Below are positions 18,723 to 27,899 of a stretch of DNA of 56,937 bases, one piece after another. How positions within the stretch are numbered: the stretch's first letter is position 1; every line of letters begins with the position of its first letter. A program made the position numbers and the translations under genes. The notes under the pieces were generated by a model. It was given only the letters and a program-made list of their open reading frames with translations, did not search any database and was not told where the DNA came from. The stretch is from positions 62,001 through 118,937 of the IMG/VR virus record IMGVR_UViG_3300035188_001352, one strand, 5' to 3'. The stretch is from an uncultured virus (IMG/VR IMGVR_UViG_3300035188_001352) (taxonomy: Duplodnaviria > Heunggongvirae > Uroviricota > Caudoviricetes).

Positions 18723-19283
18723 TTTATTGAAAAAATGCTAAAATTACCACTATCAATACCACAAAAACAATAAACACTCTATAAAGATATTTCAATGCTA
18801 TTGATTGCATGTTCTTATTTCTTGTTGTAGTGGTTTTTGAACCGAAGTCTGTCTTCATCAGTAAGGTCATTGCCTTCCCAATCAAGAATACCAAGCTTTG
18901 CATCTATTTGCCATTGATGTTCTGCTGATTACTTGAAGTAAACAGCAGGTCTCTCAAAGGACTTCTCAAACATTTGACGTTCAGTCATGTCTTATTACAT
19001 GCCAAAAATACTGGATAAATGTTGGCAGTTCTAACATATTTTTTTGAAGCGAAGTGTTGTTCAAATTCATCGCTAAACACCGATTTTGTAATCAATTCAA
19101 AAGGCTCATTGAGCTGTTCCATATAAAATAGTAAATACTTTCCGATTTTTGACTGAAAGTATTCTTTTGACATAGAACCTTCTTTCTCAAAATAACCATC
19201 TTTTTCCCGTTGCTCAATCATTGCACTGATTTGAGCTTCGGAAATCGGTTTATTGTTGGTAATTTGTTCGGCAAAATAATCTT

Positions 19284-19853
19284 TTATTTCCATTGATGTT
19301 CTCGTTTTGATTGATATTTCCAACTTTTTTCTGCATTGCTAAATGCTTCTCTATCCCATGCATCTGGTGGAACTGCTTTTCTTCTATATTGTATCACAAT
19401 GTCAAGCTCTTGTGCATCAACATCGTAGAAGTCATTGCGGTTAGAACCAAATGTATGTATTCTTCTATAGCTTCCAAACGCACCACGTTTTCTTCCATGA
19501 CGACGATTGTGACATCTTACTTTCCAACGATAATCACGTTGCTTTTTCCACACATCATAAAAGCCACTAATATAAGATGGAGACAACCAGTTTCCGTCTT
19601 GGTCATATGCTGCATAATACACCGGATGATTTCTAAAAGAATAAGAAAGATGTCTTGATGCTTTATCTTCATCTGATACTTTATACCAAATCTTATCCCA
19701 ATTGACAAATTGACATAGTACAGACCATTGAGAAAAGTAATTGAAAAAGTTTTCCCAAGTATCAAAGTAGTAATAAGCTACTCGTCTGCTGACTAAGCCC
19801 AAGTTATCATCTACATAATACACATAGATGCCAGGAACATTTTGTATTTTCAT
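19284..19853 (-). CDS. Hypothetical protein with basic C-terminal PDAWD..KSWK..KR..QWK motif
   Basis: ORF track with GGAG RBS. Confidence 0.6.
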   Translation of the reverse strand: MKIQNVPGIYVYYVDDNLGLVSRRVAYYYFDTWENFFNYFSQWSVLCQFVNWDKIWYKVSDEDKASRHLSYSFRNHPVYYAAYDQDGNWLSPSYISGFYDVWKKQRDYRWKVRCHNRRHGRKRGAFGSYRRIHTFGSNRNDFYDVDAQELDIVIQYRRKAVPPDAWDREAFSNAEKSWKYQSKREHQWK

Positions 19854-20199
19854 TTTGAAGCTCTCCGTTACTAAGTAAAATTACCTAGTGGAAACCTTCA
19901 TTCCTCAAATGTAGTATGTATGTCATAATGTTATTGTCCTTTTGATGCTAACATTTCTGTTAGCTTTTGTTTTATTTCAGCATCTGTCAAATCAACTTTT
20001 TCTAAAATGTCTGGAGAATATTCCCACTCTCCATCATCAGAAATCAATATTTCTTCGCTAGTACCAGTATCAGGATTTCTAGATATTGCTAACCCTAAAG
20101 GATGGAGAATATCTCGATTAATACGACGTATCAATCCTAGTTCTGACATTTGGTTCCAATTTATAGATTGTATCATTGCTTTCCAGAATACTTTATGTT

Positions 20200-20276
20200 T
20201 GGTGCATCGGGAGGGAGTCGAACCCTCAAAACCGGGCATCTTAAACCCGTACGTATGCCAATTCCGTCACCGATGC
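20200..20276 (-). tRNA. tRNA-Leu(AAG), short variable loop
   Basis: CGGGT-TT-AAG-AT-GCCCG; Leu-type D arm GACGGAATTGGCATACGT; A73-CCA. Confidence 0.75.
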
Positions 20277-20281
20277 AAATT

Positions 20282-20365
20282 TGGTACCTCTAACAGGACT
20301 TGAACCTGTACGCCATTCGGCACTTGCTCCTAAGGCAAGCGTGTCTGCCATTCCACCACAGAGGC
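20282..20365 (-). tRNA. tRNA-Leu(TAG)
   Basis: CT-TAG-GA loop, long variable arm, CCA. Confidence 0.9.
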
Positions 20366-20369
20366 TTTG

Positions 20370-20861
20370 TTACTTTTTCGACCTAAATCCTAAAGACCTA
20401 CTGTAAGATTGTAATATCATTATATCACATCTTGCTGCTTCTGTACACAAATACTTTGGGTCAGGATACACTCCAACTCGTCCTAAGTCCAACCTATCAG
20501 CATCCCAACATATCTGAGTGGTAATGTCTGCCAGAGTTGCTCCATGAGTGTGGAACATGCATGCATACCGTAAGATGCTCAGTTCAGTATCATCAAGACT
20601 AATGATACCTTTATCATTCAGTTCTTTAGCAAAATCAGCTGCTCGGTCTCCATGTCTATGATCGTGGCCATCATTCAATCGACAACTATCATGTAAGAAT
20701 GCAAACAGTTCAATGACCTTGACATTAGCTCCAGGATAGTGCGTTGCAAGTGTTAGACCATTCAACTTTACTCTTGACCAATGAGCAACTCCATGAATGC
20801 CATTCCAATCCAGTTGATACTTTTGACGAACTGTTTCAATGAGTTGCTTAGTGATGTTCAT
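20370..20861 (-). CDS. HD-domain phosphohydrolase
   Basis: HG-x-x-HW-x-RV, LHDSCR, DADRLDL. Confidence 0.85.
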   Translation of the reverse strand: MNITKQLIETVRQKYQLDWNGIHGVAHWSRVKLNGLTLATHYPGANVKVIELFAFLHDSCRLNDGHDHRHGDRAADFAKELNDKGIISLDDTELSILRYACMFHTHGATLADITTQICWDADRLDLGRVGVYPDPKYLCTEAARCDIMILQSYSRSLGFRSKK

Positions 20862-21283
20862 TATGCTACGTTTAGTGTTTTACCTTTTTGAAAATCTGCT
20901 AACTTAAGACCGCCAGTGAATTGACAATGAGCCATTTCACGAAATCGGGTCCATCTTCCAGCCCATTCTAATCCAACTGACTCAGCAATGACACCGCAAC
21001 GTTCAAATGTTTTGAGGTCTGCCCATTGTGCTTTACCATTTACAACTGGCACGAAATCAAAAGCTACTCGCCAGTTATGCCAGCTTTGACCAGGCTTAGC
21101 ATTAGTTACTTTCTTACCTGGAGTTGTACGACCTTGTGCATAGATTGCAGCTTGAGATTCCAAGTCACGATAAGTGCTAGTAATAAGAACATCAATCCCT
21201 TCTTCATCGCATTTTGCGACAAAGTCACGACACATTTTTGCAACAATTGGATGCAAGTCGTCAATATTTCTAGAGTTTTTCAT
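20861..21283 (-). CDS. M15-family peptidoglycan endopeptidase (endolysin)
   Basis: T-x-TYR...Q-x-x-x-YAQGRT...VTNA-x-x-GQSWHN-x-x-x-AFD...EWAGRW...E-x-x-H. Confidence 0.9.
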   Translation of the reverse strand: MKNSRNIDDLHPIVAKMCRDFVAKCDEEGIDVLITSTYRDLESQAAIYAQGRTTPGKKVTNAKPGQSWHNWRVAFDFVPVVNGKAQWADLKTFERCGVIAESVGLEWAGRWTRFREMAHCQFTGGLKLADFQKGKTLNVA

Positions 21284-21462
21284 AGTTGTTTCTCCAATTT
21301 ATTTTAACTTTCTAATATTTATATACTATATTATTTATTCAAAGTTGCAAAAATGGAAGTTTCAAAACATTTATTTCTATTTTTTAATGAAACTAGTATA
21401 AATATTATTTGCTGAGACTGTTATGATGAGTTTTATTATCAACAATTTAAAAGGAAATAAAA

Positions 21463-21975
21463 ATGAAAAGAGTACTACTTTTATCACTTAGTCTTTTGAT
21501 TAGTTTTTCAGCTTCTGCAGTTATTTTACCTGCAGCAGTCGGACAAACATCAGGAGACTTAAAATTTAATGGAACTGTAGCTCCATCTTGTAATCTTATG
21601 ACTTTTGTCGATGGAACAATTACTACTTCAGCAGACCAAACTCAATTATCTTCTGAAAATTCAGGTGGTTCTCCAGCTTCAGTAAGCTTACGTGCTAATG
21701 TGAATGGATATTCTTTACCATTAGGAACGCCAATTATTATTGGTCCTAATGGAGTTTTATCTGACGCGATTGTAACTTCTTCAGCAATTGGTAATGGTTC
21801 TGATTTATTTGGCGTTGCTGTAAGTCAATTTGGACCAGATGCTGCGTCTAATACATTCTTCTTTGATGGCGGAACATACAACATTGCCGTAAATGCTAAT
21901 GTTACGCGTCAAGATGGTTCTGCTTTCCCTGCTGGAACATATCAATTAAAAATACCAGTATCTTGCACAATGTAA
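21463..21975 (+). CDS. Secreted pilin/fimbrial-subunit-like protein
   Basis: Signal peptide; GDLKFNGTVAPSC start and AGTYQLKIPVSC end; late promoter TATAAATA at 21397. Confidence 0.6.
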   Translation: MKRVLLLSLSLLISFSASAVILPAAVGQTSGDLKFNGTVAPSCNLMTFVDGTITTSADQTQLSSENSGGSPASVSLRANVNGYSLPLGTPIIIGPNGVLSDAIVTSSAIGNGSDLFGVAVSQFGPDAASNTFFFDGGTYNIAVNANVTRQDGSAFPAGTYQLKIPVSCTM

Positions 21976-21982
21976 TGTAAAA

Positions 21983-22066
21983 TAATAAGTTGAGGGATAG
22001 GGAATTTATAACCCGAAAAGATTTAATCCAGGTCCTTCTCTCAACTTATTACTGGATTTATAAATT
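21983..22066 (+). promoter_or_regulatory. Structured intercistronic RNA element (long stem plus pseudoknot or alternative pairing)
   Basis: TAATAAGTTGAGGGA/TCTCTCAACTTATTA stem; loop AATCCAG and AATTTATAA can pair with downstream CTGGATT and TTATAAATT. Confidence 0.55.
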
Positions 22067-22087
22067 ATAAAGTATAAAGGACATATT

Positions 22088-22453
22088 ATGAAACAGCATC
22101 TGATAAACTTATTTATTACCTTTTTTATATCAATCCCATCAGTATTTGCAGTAAGTGTTTTTCCAAACAAAATAACTACAACCGGAGTTATTGGTACTAA
22201 AACTCCGATTCAATTTAAAATTTATGGTCACTTTGAAACTGCTTCTATAGAATTTGTAAAAGTAATTGATTTACAAAAAAATGAAGACAAAATTATTTCT
22301 GAATTTGTTTTAGGTAAAGAGCAAGAACGAATTATTCCAATTGATATTATCATAAAAGATAATTCAAAATATTATCTTTGTGCGGTTCTAAAAGATTCTC
22401 AATCAATGAGGTTAAGAACATGCTCTATAGTTACCACAAAAGTTTCTCAATAA
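22088..22453 (+). CDS. Secreted Ig-fold, pilus-chaperone-like protein
   Basis: Signal peptide, beta-rich, SVFP start, C-terminal YLC...RTC cysteine pair. Confidence 0.45.
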   Translation: MKQHLINLFITFFISIPSVFAVSVFPNKITTTGVIGTKTPIQFKIYGHFETASIEFVKVIDLQKNEDKIISEFVLGKEQERIIPIDIIIKDNSKYYLCAVLKDSQSMRLRTCSIVTTKVSQ

Positions 22454-22857
22454 TACTATTACTTATAGTTTCAAATAATGGTTATGGCTCACCAATGATG
22501 CCAATGACTCCTCAAAACTCAATTGGTGGAGATTCTGTTAGAGGACGTGATGGAACAACATGTAATCAAGGAACTCATATTGGCCCTACATTAGATTTTG
22601 GTATTACCGGAACAAAAAATACTAATGCATCTAATAGTTCAGACCCACAAGTTATCAATAATTATTATTCTAATCAAGAATCTTCTAATAATATCGCCGG
22701 TAATGACATTGGAGTTTATGCTCGAATTGTTATTCCTATTGGAGAAGAACCTGCGAGAATTGATTGCACACAACTTTACGCTTTAGAAATAGAACGATTA
22801 AAAATGGAGTTAGAAAACATGAAAAAAGCCGGTTCTTCAGCTGTTAGTATTGAATAA
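22420..22857 (+). CDS. Secreted protein with amphipathic beta-hairpin and C-terminal coiled coil
   Basis: Signal-like N-terminus; TLDFGITG and IGVYARIVIPIG strands; IDC-x-x-LY-x-LEIERLK helix; start uncertain. Confidence 0.55.
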   Translation: MLYSYHKSFSIILLLIVSNNGYGSPMMPMTPQNSIGGDSVRGRDGTTCNQGTHIGPTLDFGITGTKNTNASNSSDPQVINNYYSNQESSNNIAGNDIGVYARIVIPIGEEPARIDCTQLYALEIERLKMELENMKKAGSSAVSIE

Positions 22858-22881
22858 ATTCATTAGTTTATTCGCATTTAT

Positions 22882-22967
22882 TGGTAGCATCGCCCGGACT
22901 TGAACCGGGATAGCCGAAGCTGGCAGATTTTAAGTCTGCTGGGTATACCTAATTCCCCCACGATGCC
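22882..22967 (-). tRNA. tRNA-Leu(TAA)
   Basis: CT-TAA-AA loop, long variable arm, CCA. Confidence 0.9.
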
Positions 22968-22977
22968 ACGTATAATT

Positions 22978-23117
22978 TGAAGTGAATGAATAGGATTCGA
23001 ACCTATGACATGCTGCTTGGATTTGGATAATCATTTTCAACGGTTCAACGTGAATTGAACAAAAACTAAAAACGCTATTTTGATGGCGGCTGCTCTACCA
23101 ACTGAGCTATCATTCAC
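22978..23117 (-). ncRNA. tRNA-like RNA whose anticodon loop is replaced by a Y-RNA-type stem (circularly permuted YrlA-like)
   Basis: 8-bp acceptor GTGAATGA/TCATTCAC, canonical D and T arms; insert TTTTT-GTTCAA-TTCACG-TTGAAC-CG-TTG-AAAATG-A-TTATC. Confidence 0.65.
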
Positions 23118-23164
23118 ATTATTCTATAGAAAAATACTATTTATTCTAATACTTTTTTATAGAA

Positions 23165-23436
23165 TGACTAGCGATTAGAACATACCTGTCTAACCACCAG
23201 TCATCAAGAACCTTTGTCTTACATCTTTTTGCAAATAACCCACATGTTTGACGATGAGTTTGAGTTATATTTGACCGACACTCTAACCACTGAGTTACTC
23301 CACCCCACTTGATACTGACGAGCTATTCAATACCAAGTGGAGGTGGAAATGGGATTCGAACCCACGACTTTCGGTTTATCATAATAGAATGATAAGATTG
23401 TGCCTATTTGCAATTGTTAAGATGCCTTCCTAGTCA
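23165..23436 (-). ncRNA. Large YrlA-like RNA (T arm precedes D arm)
   Basis: TTATC...GTGGG-TTCGAAT-CCCAT, closed acceptor-like stem TCCACC..CCACTTG/CAAGTGG..GGTGGA, then TA-ACTC-AGTGGTTA-GAGT; terminal TGACTAG/CTAGTCA. Confidence 0.65.
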
Positions 23437-23441
23437 CGTAT

Positions 23442-23640
23442 GCTGAGCGATACGAAGAAGATAACTTTGTAATAGAACTGAATACTCACATAAGAGCAGA
23501 ATATGCCTGTTCTTCTACTTCCCCACAAAATATTCTATGTTGATAAAACACTTTGTGGGGAAGGATGGACTCGAACCACCACATCAATTCTAAAACGATT
23601 TACTACAATAATAAAGATAAGTTTGGCTCGTTTGTTTTCT
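23442..23640 (-). ncRNA. YrlA-like RNA, degenerate; ends approximate
   Basis: TTATC...GGTGG-TTCGAGT-CCATC followed by CTTCCCCACAAA/TTTGTGGGGAAG stem. Confidence 0.55.
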
Positions 23641-24031
23641 AATCCAGGTCAATCAAAATGGTATCACCGTCTATGACCTGGACATATCTAATCATATTTA
23701 TCATACACTGAATCATAGTCAATTCAGTTAGAACTTCTATTGCTTGATAATTTCTAAAAAATGGAGATGGAACAATTGCATTTGCAAAATCCCTAAACAT
23801 ATGAGCTCTGATTACTCCAGCTTCTATTGCTTGACCAACAGTTTCAAATACTACTTCATACACAGAATAATCAGAAAGCATATCAGGTACAATACCAGAA
23901 TATTCTGATATGACTTCTTTTAGATTTTCCATTGTAACTTCTTTAGAAGATTTTGCAAACTTCCAAATAACTTGGCCTATACCTTCAGGTCTGTACATCG
24001 AATTTTCTCTCCACTTTATTTCACAATTTGG

Positions 24032-24104
24032 TAAAAGTACAACTAAAAACGCTTATGGGTTTGTATCTTAACGGGATAATCCATTAGCTCCGGTTGAACT
24101 TTTA
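24032..24104 (-). ncRNA. Minimal Y-RNA-like RNA
   Basis: AAAAGTTCAAC-CG-GA-GCTAATGGA-TTATC...CCCATAAGC-GTTTTT-AGTTGTACTTTT, directly behind an early promoter. Confidence 0.6.
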
Positions 24105-24146
24105 TTTGTATCTATTCTATCATGCTTTTTAGTCAATGTAAACGGT

Positions 24147-24911
24147 TTATTTGAAGACATCCAAAATCAAGTTTGCAATCGTGTTACCGATTTTTTCGTT
24201 GATGACTTCAACAGAGTTTGCACGCTGTCTTGCTTGTTTGGTTTCAACCAACAATTCATCAAGAATTGCAATTGCATCTGCTTTTTGCTTGGAAGTAGCA
24301 GCACCAGAAATCAAACGACGTTTGAATGTTCCAACAACTTTATCGGCAGTCACTTTTTCAATTTGAGCTGGATGTTTGTCAGTTGCTTCATACAAGACCA
24401 CAGCAGTCATTGTCTTTTCAGTTTTGCTGGTGACTTCTTCACCTGTCGTTACGAACTCGCCTTTACGACCATTGTCAGTTACTTTCCATTCTTTAGACGC
24501 ATCCAAAGTTGGAACCGTATCCATCACATTACGCAATGTTTGCAGACGAGTTTCAAGACCAAGCAATTCATCAACCGGTACATTAGGTACTAATACTTGT
24601 CCACGGAACAACAGGTCAGCATTGGCAATTTGGTTAGTACGATTTTTTGCAAAAGTGATGTCTTCGGCTTTTGCCCAGAAGTCAAACACATATTCAAGAG
24701 TTTCAGGGACTGTAGTTGGCAAAGCTTTTTCGTCACGAGCAGCTTCTTCAATTGCAGCATTTTCCGGAGAATCAACCAACATTTTCAATGTTTTGATATG
24801 ACCTGCAAAAAACTGGTCTTTACGGAATTTGTTGCTAGTGTCATCCAGTAATTTTGCAACTGCAGTGTTACGAGTTTTTTCAACAGCTAGGATTTCGTGG
24901 AGTTTTGTCAT
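24147..24911 (-). CDS. Conserved phage hypothetical coiled-coil protein
   Basis: MTKLHEILAVE..., YEATDKHPAQ, ARQRAN motifs; GAGG RBS. Confidence 0.7.
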   Translation of the reverse strand: MTKLHEILAVEKTRNTAVAKLLDDTSNKFRKDQFFAGHIKTLKMLVDSPENAAIEEAARDEKALPTTVPETLEYVFDFWAKAEDITFAKNRTNQIANADLLFRGQVLVPNVPVDELLGLETRLQTLRNVMDTVPTLDASKEWKVTDNGRKGEFVTTGEEVTSKTEKTMTAVVLYEATDKHPAQIEKVTADKVVGTFKRRLISGAATSKQKADAIAILDELLVETKQARQRANSVEVINEKIGNTIANLILDVFK

Positions 24912-25321
24912 TTTGATTTACCTCTTGTGATATGTTTATAAGTATTACGATAAAGTTGTATTATATACCAGATTTCTTACGTAGATGATATCTTAGTGTA
25001 AGAAGTTTTTCGCGAAAGTCTACATAATACCTGTCTTGTTCAGTTGCAAGTACATCAGTGACTACACTTCGTGGGTCATGATTATGCATATCATATTCAG
25101 TCTGAACAATATAACCAGCGGGATTGATAGCCTCAATGGACTCAAGTGGAACATAGATGTCTTCAACTAAAGAAAGAACTGCGCTAATCAGGTCTGATTC
25201 AGACACATTGATAGAAACTATCTGTTGTTGAGTACCACGAATTTGAACTGCCATATAAAAGACTCATAAGGTTTTAAGATTATGAGTCTATTATAACAAG
25301 CAGAAGGACTAAAGTAAACGG

Positions 25322-25498
25322 TTATTTTTGCGGAAGTTGGTTTTGGTCAGGAACAGGTGGTGCATTGCCATGACGATGACTGTATTCATTGCGATGATAG
25401 CCAGACGGTTGTTTTGAACCATCATCTTGATAGACACTTGTTGTTCCACACGCAGTAAGAACCATCGTGATTGTGATTAAGATAAGTAGAGCTTTCAT
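25322..25498 (-). CDS. Small lipoprotein (58 aa, not in ORF track)
   Basis: Hand translation MKALLILITITMVLTAC, with lipobox. Confidence 0.6.
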   Translation of the reverse strand: MKALLILITITMVLTACGTTSVYQDDGSKQPSGYHRNEYSHRHGNAPPVPDQNQLPQK

Positions 25499-25767
25499 AT
25501 GTTATTGTGCCATTGGAAAAAGATGTTTGATTATTTTGTCAATAAAAGAACGATGTTCATTATCGACAAACTGTAAGCGAGATTCAAGCTTCTTGATTTT
25601 CATTTGAGCTATACGTAATTCTTCAGTGAGTTCTTCAATTTGTTCGTTCTTGCTTTTTACTGCATATTGAAGAACTCGCAAAAAGTCTGCATACTTACCC
25701 CAAATGCCATCCTTGCATTGCTCCATAGGACCAAACTTCCAGAAGCCTTGATTGTATCGGTTCATCA

Positions 25768-26061
25768 CTACTTTGCAGCTTTTTCTGGTCCGCCCCATAC
25801 GATTGGAGTAGAAGTGACATAACGAAGACCAATATTGATGATAGTCAAGATTTGAGCTTGCATACCTTCATCCATGACATAACCGTACTTGCTCTGTAAA
25901 AAGAATGCTACAAAAGCTAACAAATTTACCCAGATTGTCTTGCTTTGAATGATGCGCTTCGCGTCCTGCATATCAATCTTGCCATCATCAAGAATACCCA
26001 ATGTATCAAGTTGATTAGGTTTTGTGATTTCTTCTGTAGTGTCAGGTTTTTGAGTGTTCAT
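25768..26061 (-). CDS. Holin-like membrane protein
   Basis: IIQSKTIWVN..two TM segments..LRYVT-x-x-PI; late promoter at ~26098-26105. Confidence 0.55.
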   Translation of the reverse strand: MNTQKPDTTEEITKPNQLDTLGILDDGKIDMQDAKRIIQSKTIWVNLLAFVAFFLQSKYGYVMDEGMQAQILTIINIGLRYVTSTPIVWGGPEKAAK

Positions 26062-26121
26062 ATCGTTATCTCCATATAAGTGTATTTGGTTATACCACTA
26101 TTTATGGAGATAGTATGAAAA

Positions 26122-26198
26122 TGGTAGGCCGGGAGGGATTCGAACCCGCTGTCTTCACCTTATGAGGGAGTTGCTTATACCGCTTAAGCTTCCGGCCT
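26122..26198 (-). tRNA. tRNA(CAT), probably Ile2
   Basis: AGGCCGG acceptor, CT-CAT-AA loop, imperfect anticodon stem, A73-CCA. Confidence 0.75.
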
Positions 26199-26575
26199 GA
26201 AAAGGTTATTGACTTATTTCATTATTGCGACGTAAGCAGTATTTACCACCAACTTCATCTGCAATGATGAAGCCATTTTGGCTGTCACAAGTACGTCTAA
26301 ATTCCATGTCTTTCATGGCTTTTTCGTAATTGAAAACATAAAGACCAACAATGAGTGCGAAAATAATTGCAAGGCTAATAAGAATACGTTTCATCATGAT
26401 AGTTCTCTCTCTTCGTAGTTATAGTTGATAAGTAGTGACTTGGATGTCACGAGTTTCACTTGATTCTGAAGGACATTGTATACTAGTTTTTTCAGAATGT
26501 AAACGGTTAATTAGCAAATGCATATAAAAAATCAATCCAAATACAATGACATGAAGAGCAATGATATATGCTTTC

Positions 26576-26923
26576 TTAGTCATCATAATGATGACTATTA
26601 TAATGACCGTGGTGATGTCTATGTTCTCCGCTACGGTAAGAAGTATATCCTCTATAGTAGTATGGACGATGATACACTACTGGAGGTGCATAATAGTGAT
26701 GCTCATACACTACAGGAGGTCTAACATAGGTTGGAACTGAAAATGTAATGCTTGGAGAATTGTAAGTATTCCCAAGTGGGATTGTGATACTACCAGAAGA
26801 CGGTTGTTGATAATATCGTGGCGGTTGAGTATCATAATAGTAATCGCCATCATAAGCATGAATAGACATGCTCGTCATAAAACCGATTATTCCTAACAAT
26901 GCTCCTAATTGATAACGTTTCAT
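26576..26923 (-). CDS. Secreted Pro/Tyr/His-rich protein
   Basis: Signal peptide MKRYQLGALLG; PPVVY repeats; late promoter at 26952-26959. Confidence 0.6.
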   Translation of the reverse strand: MKRYQLGALLGIIGFMTSMSIHAYDGDYYYDTQPPRYYQQPSSGSITIPLGNTYNSPSITFSVPTYVRPPVVYEHHYYAPPVVYHRPYYYRGYTSYRSGEHRHHHGHYNSHHYDD

Positions 26924-27562
26924 TATATACTCTCCTTTATTATCTAAAAGGTATTTATAGCCAGCTGCTATACAATCTATGACTATACGGAACAATGTCA
27001 TCTAACAATTGAGCACCATTGATATTGCAATTCCAAAAATCCAAAAGAACTTGACGATTGAGCTTGATAAAACCTTCAACCAGTTCAAATCGTGGTTTTG
27101 TCATGATAACATCAAATGGCCCTTTGACATATGAATGTCCAAAGAAGAATGATGTTAGTTCAGATGAAGTATCAACAATGTCGCCATCATGAATAGCAAT
27201 ACGAATTCTTGGACCATTGTCGTCTGATACACAGTTCTTAGTTAGAGCAAGTGATACCATTGGAAGATTTGTCTTTTCACGTGGCAAATCAAACATCAAC
27301 CACTTGTCATTCAAAGTACCATCGATTGTTGAGAACCTAAAACGTTCTTCTTCCATATTAGTCTTCATAAGGTTCAAGCTCATAGTTATCTGCATCTTTA
27401 CCCAAATGTTCAATTGACCATTCTACGAAATCACGGACTTCCAAATAGTCGCCAAACCATCCATAAGTGCGTGCAAGCTCAACTAAGTCAGCTATTAGCG
27501 CATCAGGATTGCTTTGTATGTTAGCAGTAATCATTACTCTATTCCTCGTGTGTTGTTATGAA

Positions 27563-27693
27563 AGGATTGACTGAAAGGGGGTTCGAACCCACTACCTACC
27601 TCATGCGGACTTACAGGCGCCACTTATCTGTTAGGAATCGAACCTAACCCCCTGCCCTAGCTGAGATGCTCTGCCGATTAAGCTATTCAGTCA
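27563..27693 (-). ncRNA. tRNA-like RNA with a second T arm inserted in the anticodon position
   Basis: TGACTGAA/TTCAGTCA acceptor, D arm, TCTCA/TGAGG stem enclosing GTTAGG-TTCGATT-CCTAAC, then a normal T arm. Confidence 0.65.
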
Positions 27694-27899
27694 TTACATC
27701 TGATATGTTCTGGATTTTCGTCTTCATATGGTCGCCAAAAATCCAGAAAGTCTTGCGAAAAGCTGTAATCTCCAATGCATTGTATCACATTTTCTGAGGT
27801 TTGTCTAGAAATGTCTAAGTATTTTAGCAATGGCATAATGCTAAACAACAGAAGTACGATAAGAAATAATTGGAGATTGATTTTCATTTCCTACATTTC

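Noticed and set aside
16965..27693. tmRNA or RNase P identity for the large RNAs
   Set aside because: No Ala-type G3:U70 acceptor with a tag ORF and no GAGGAAAGTCC-type RNase P core were found.
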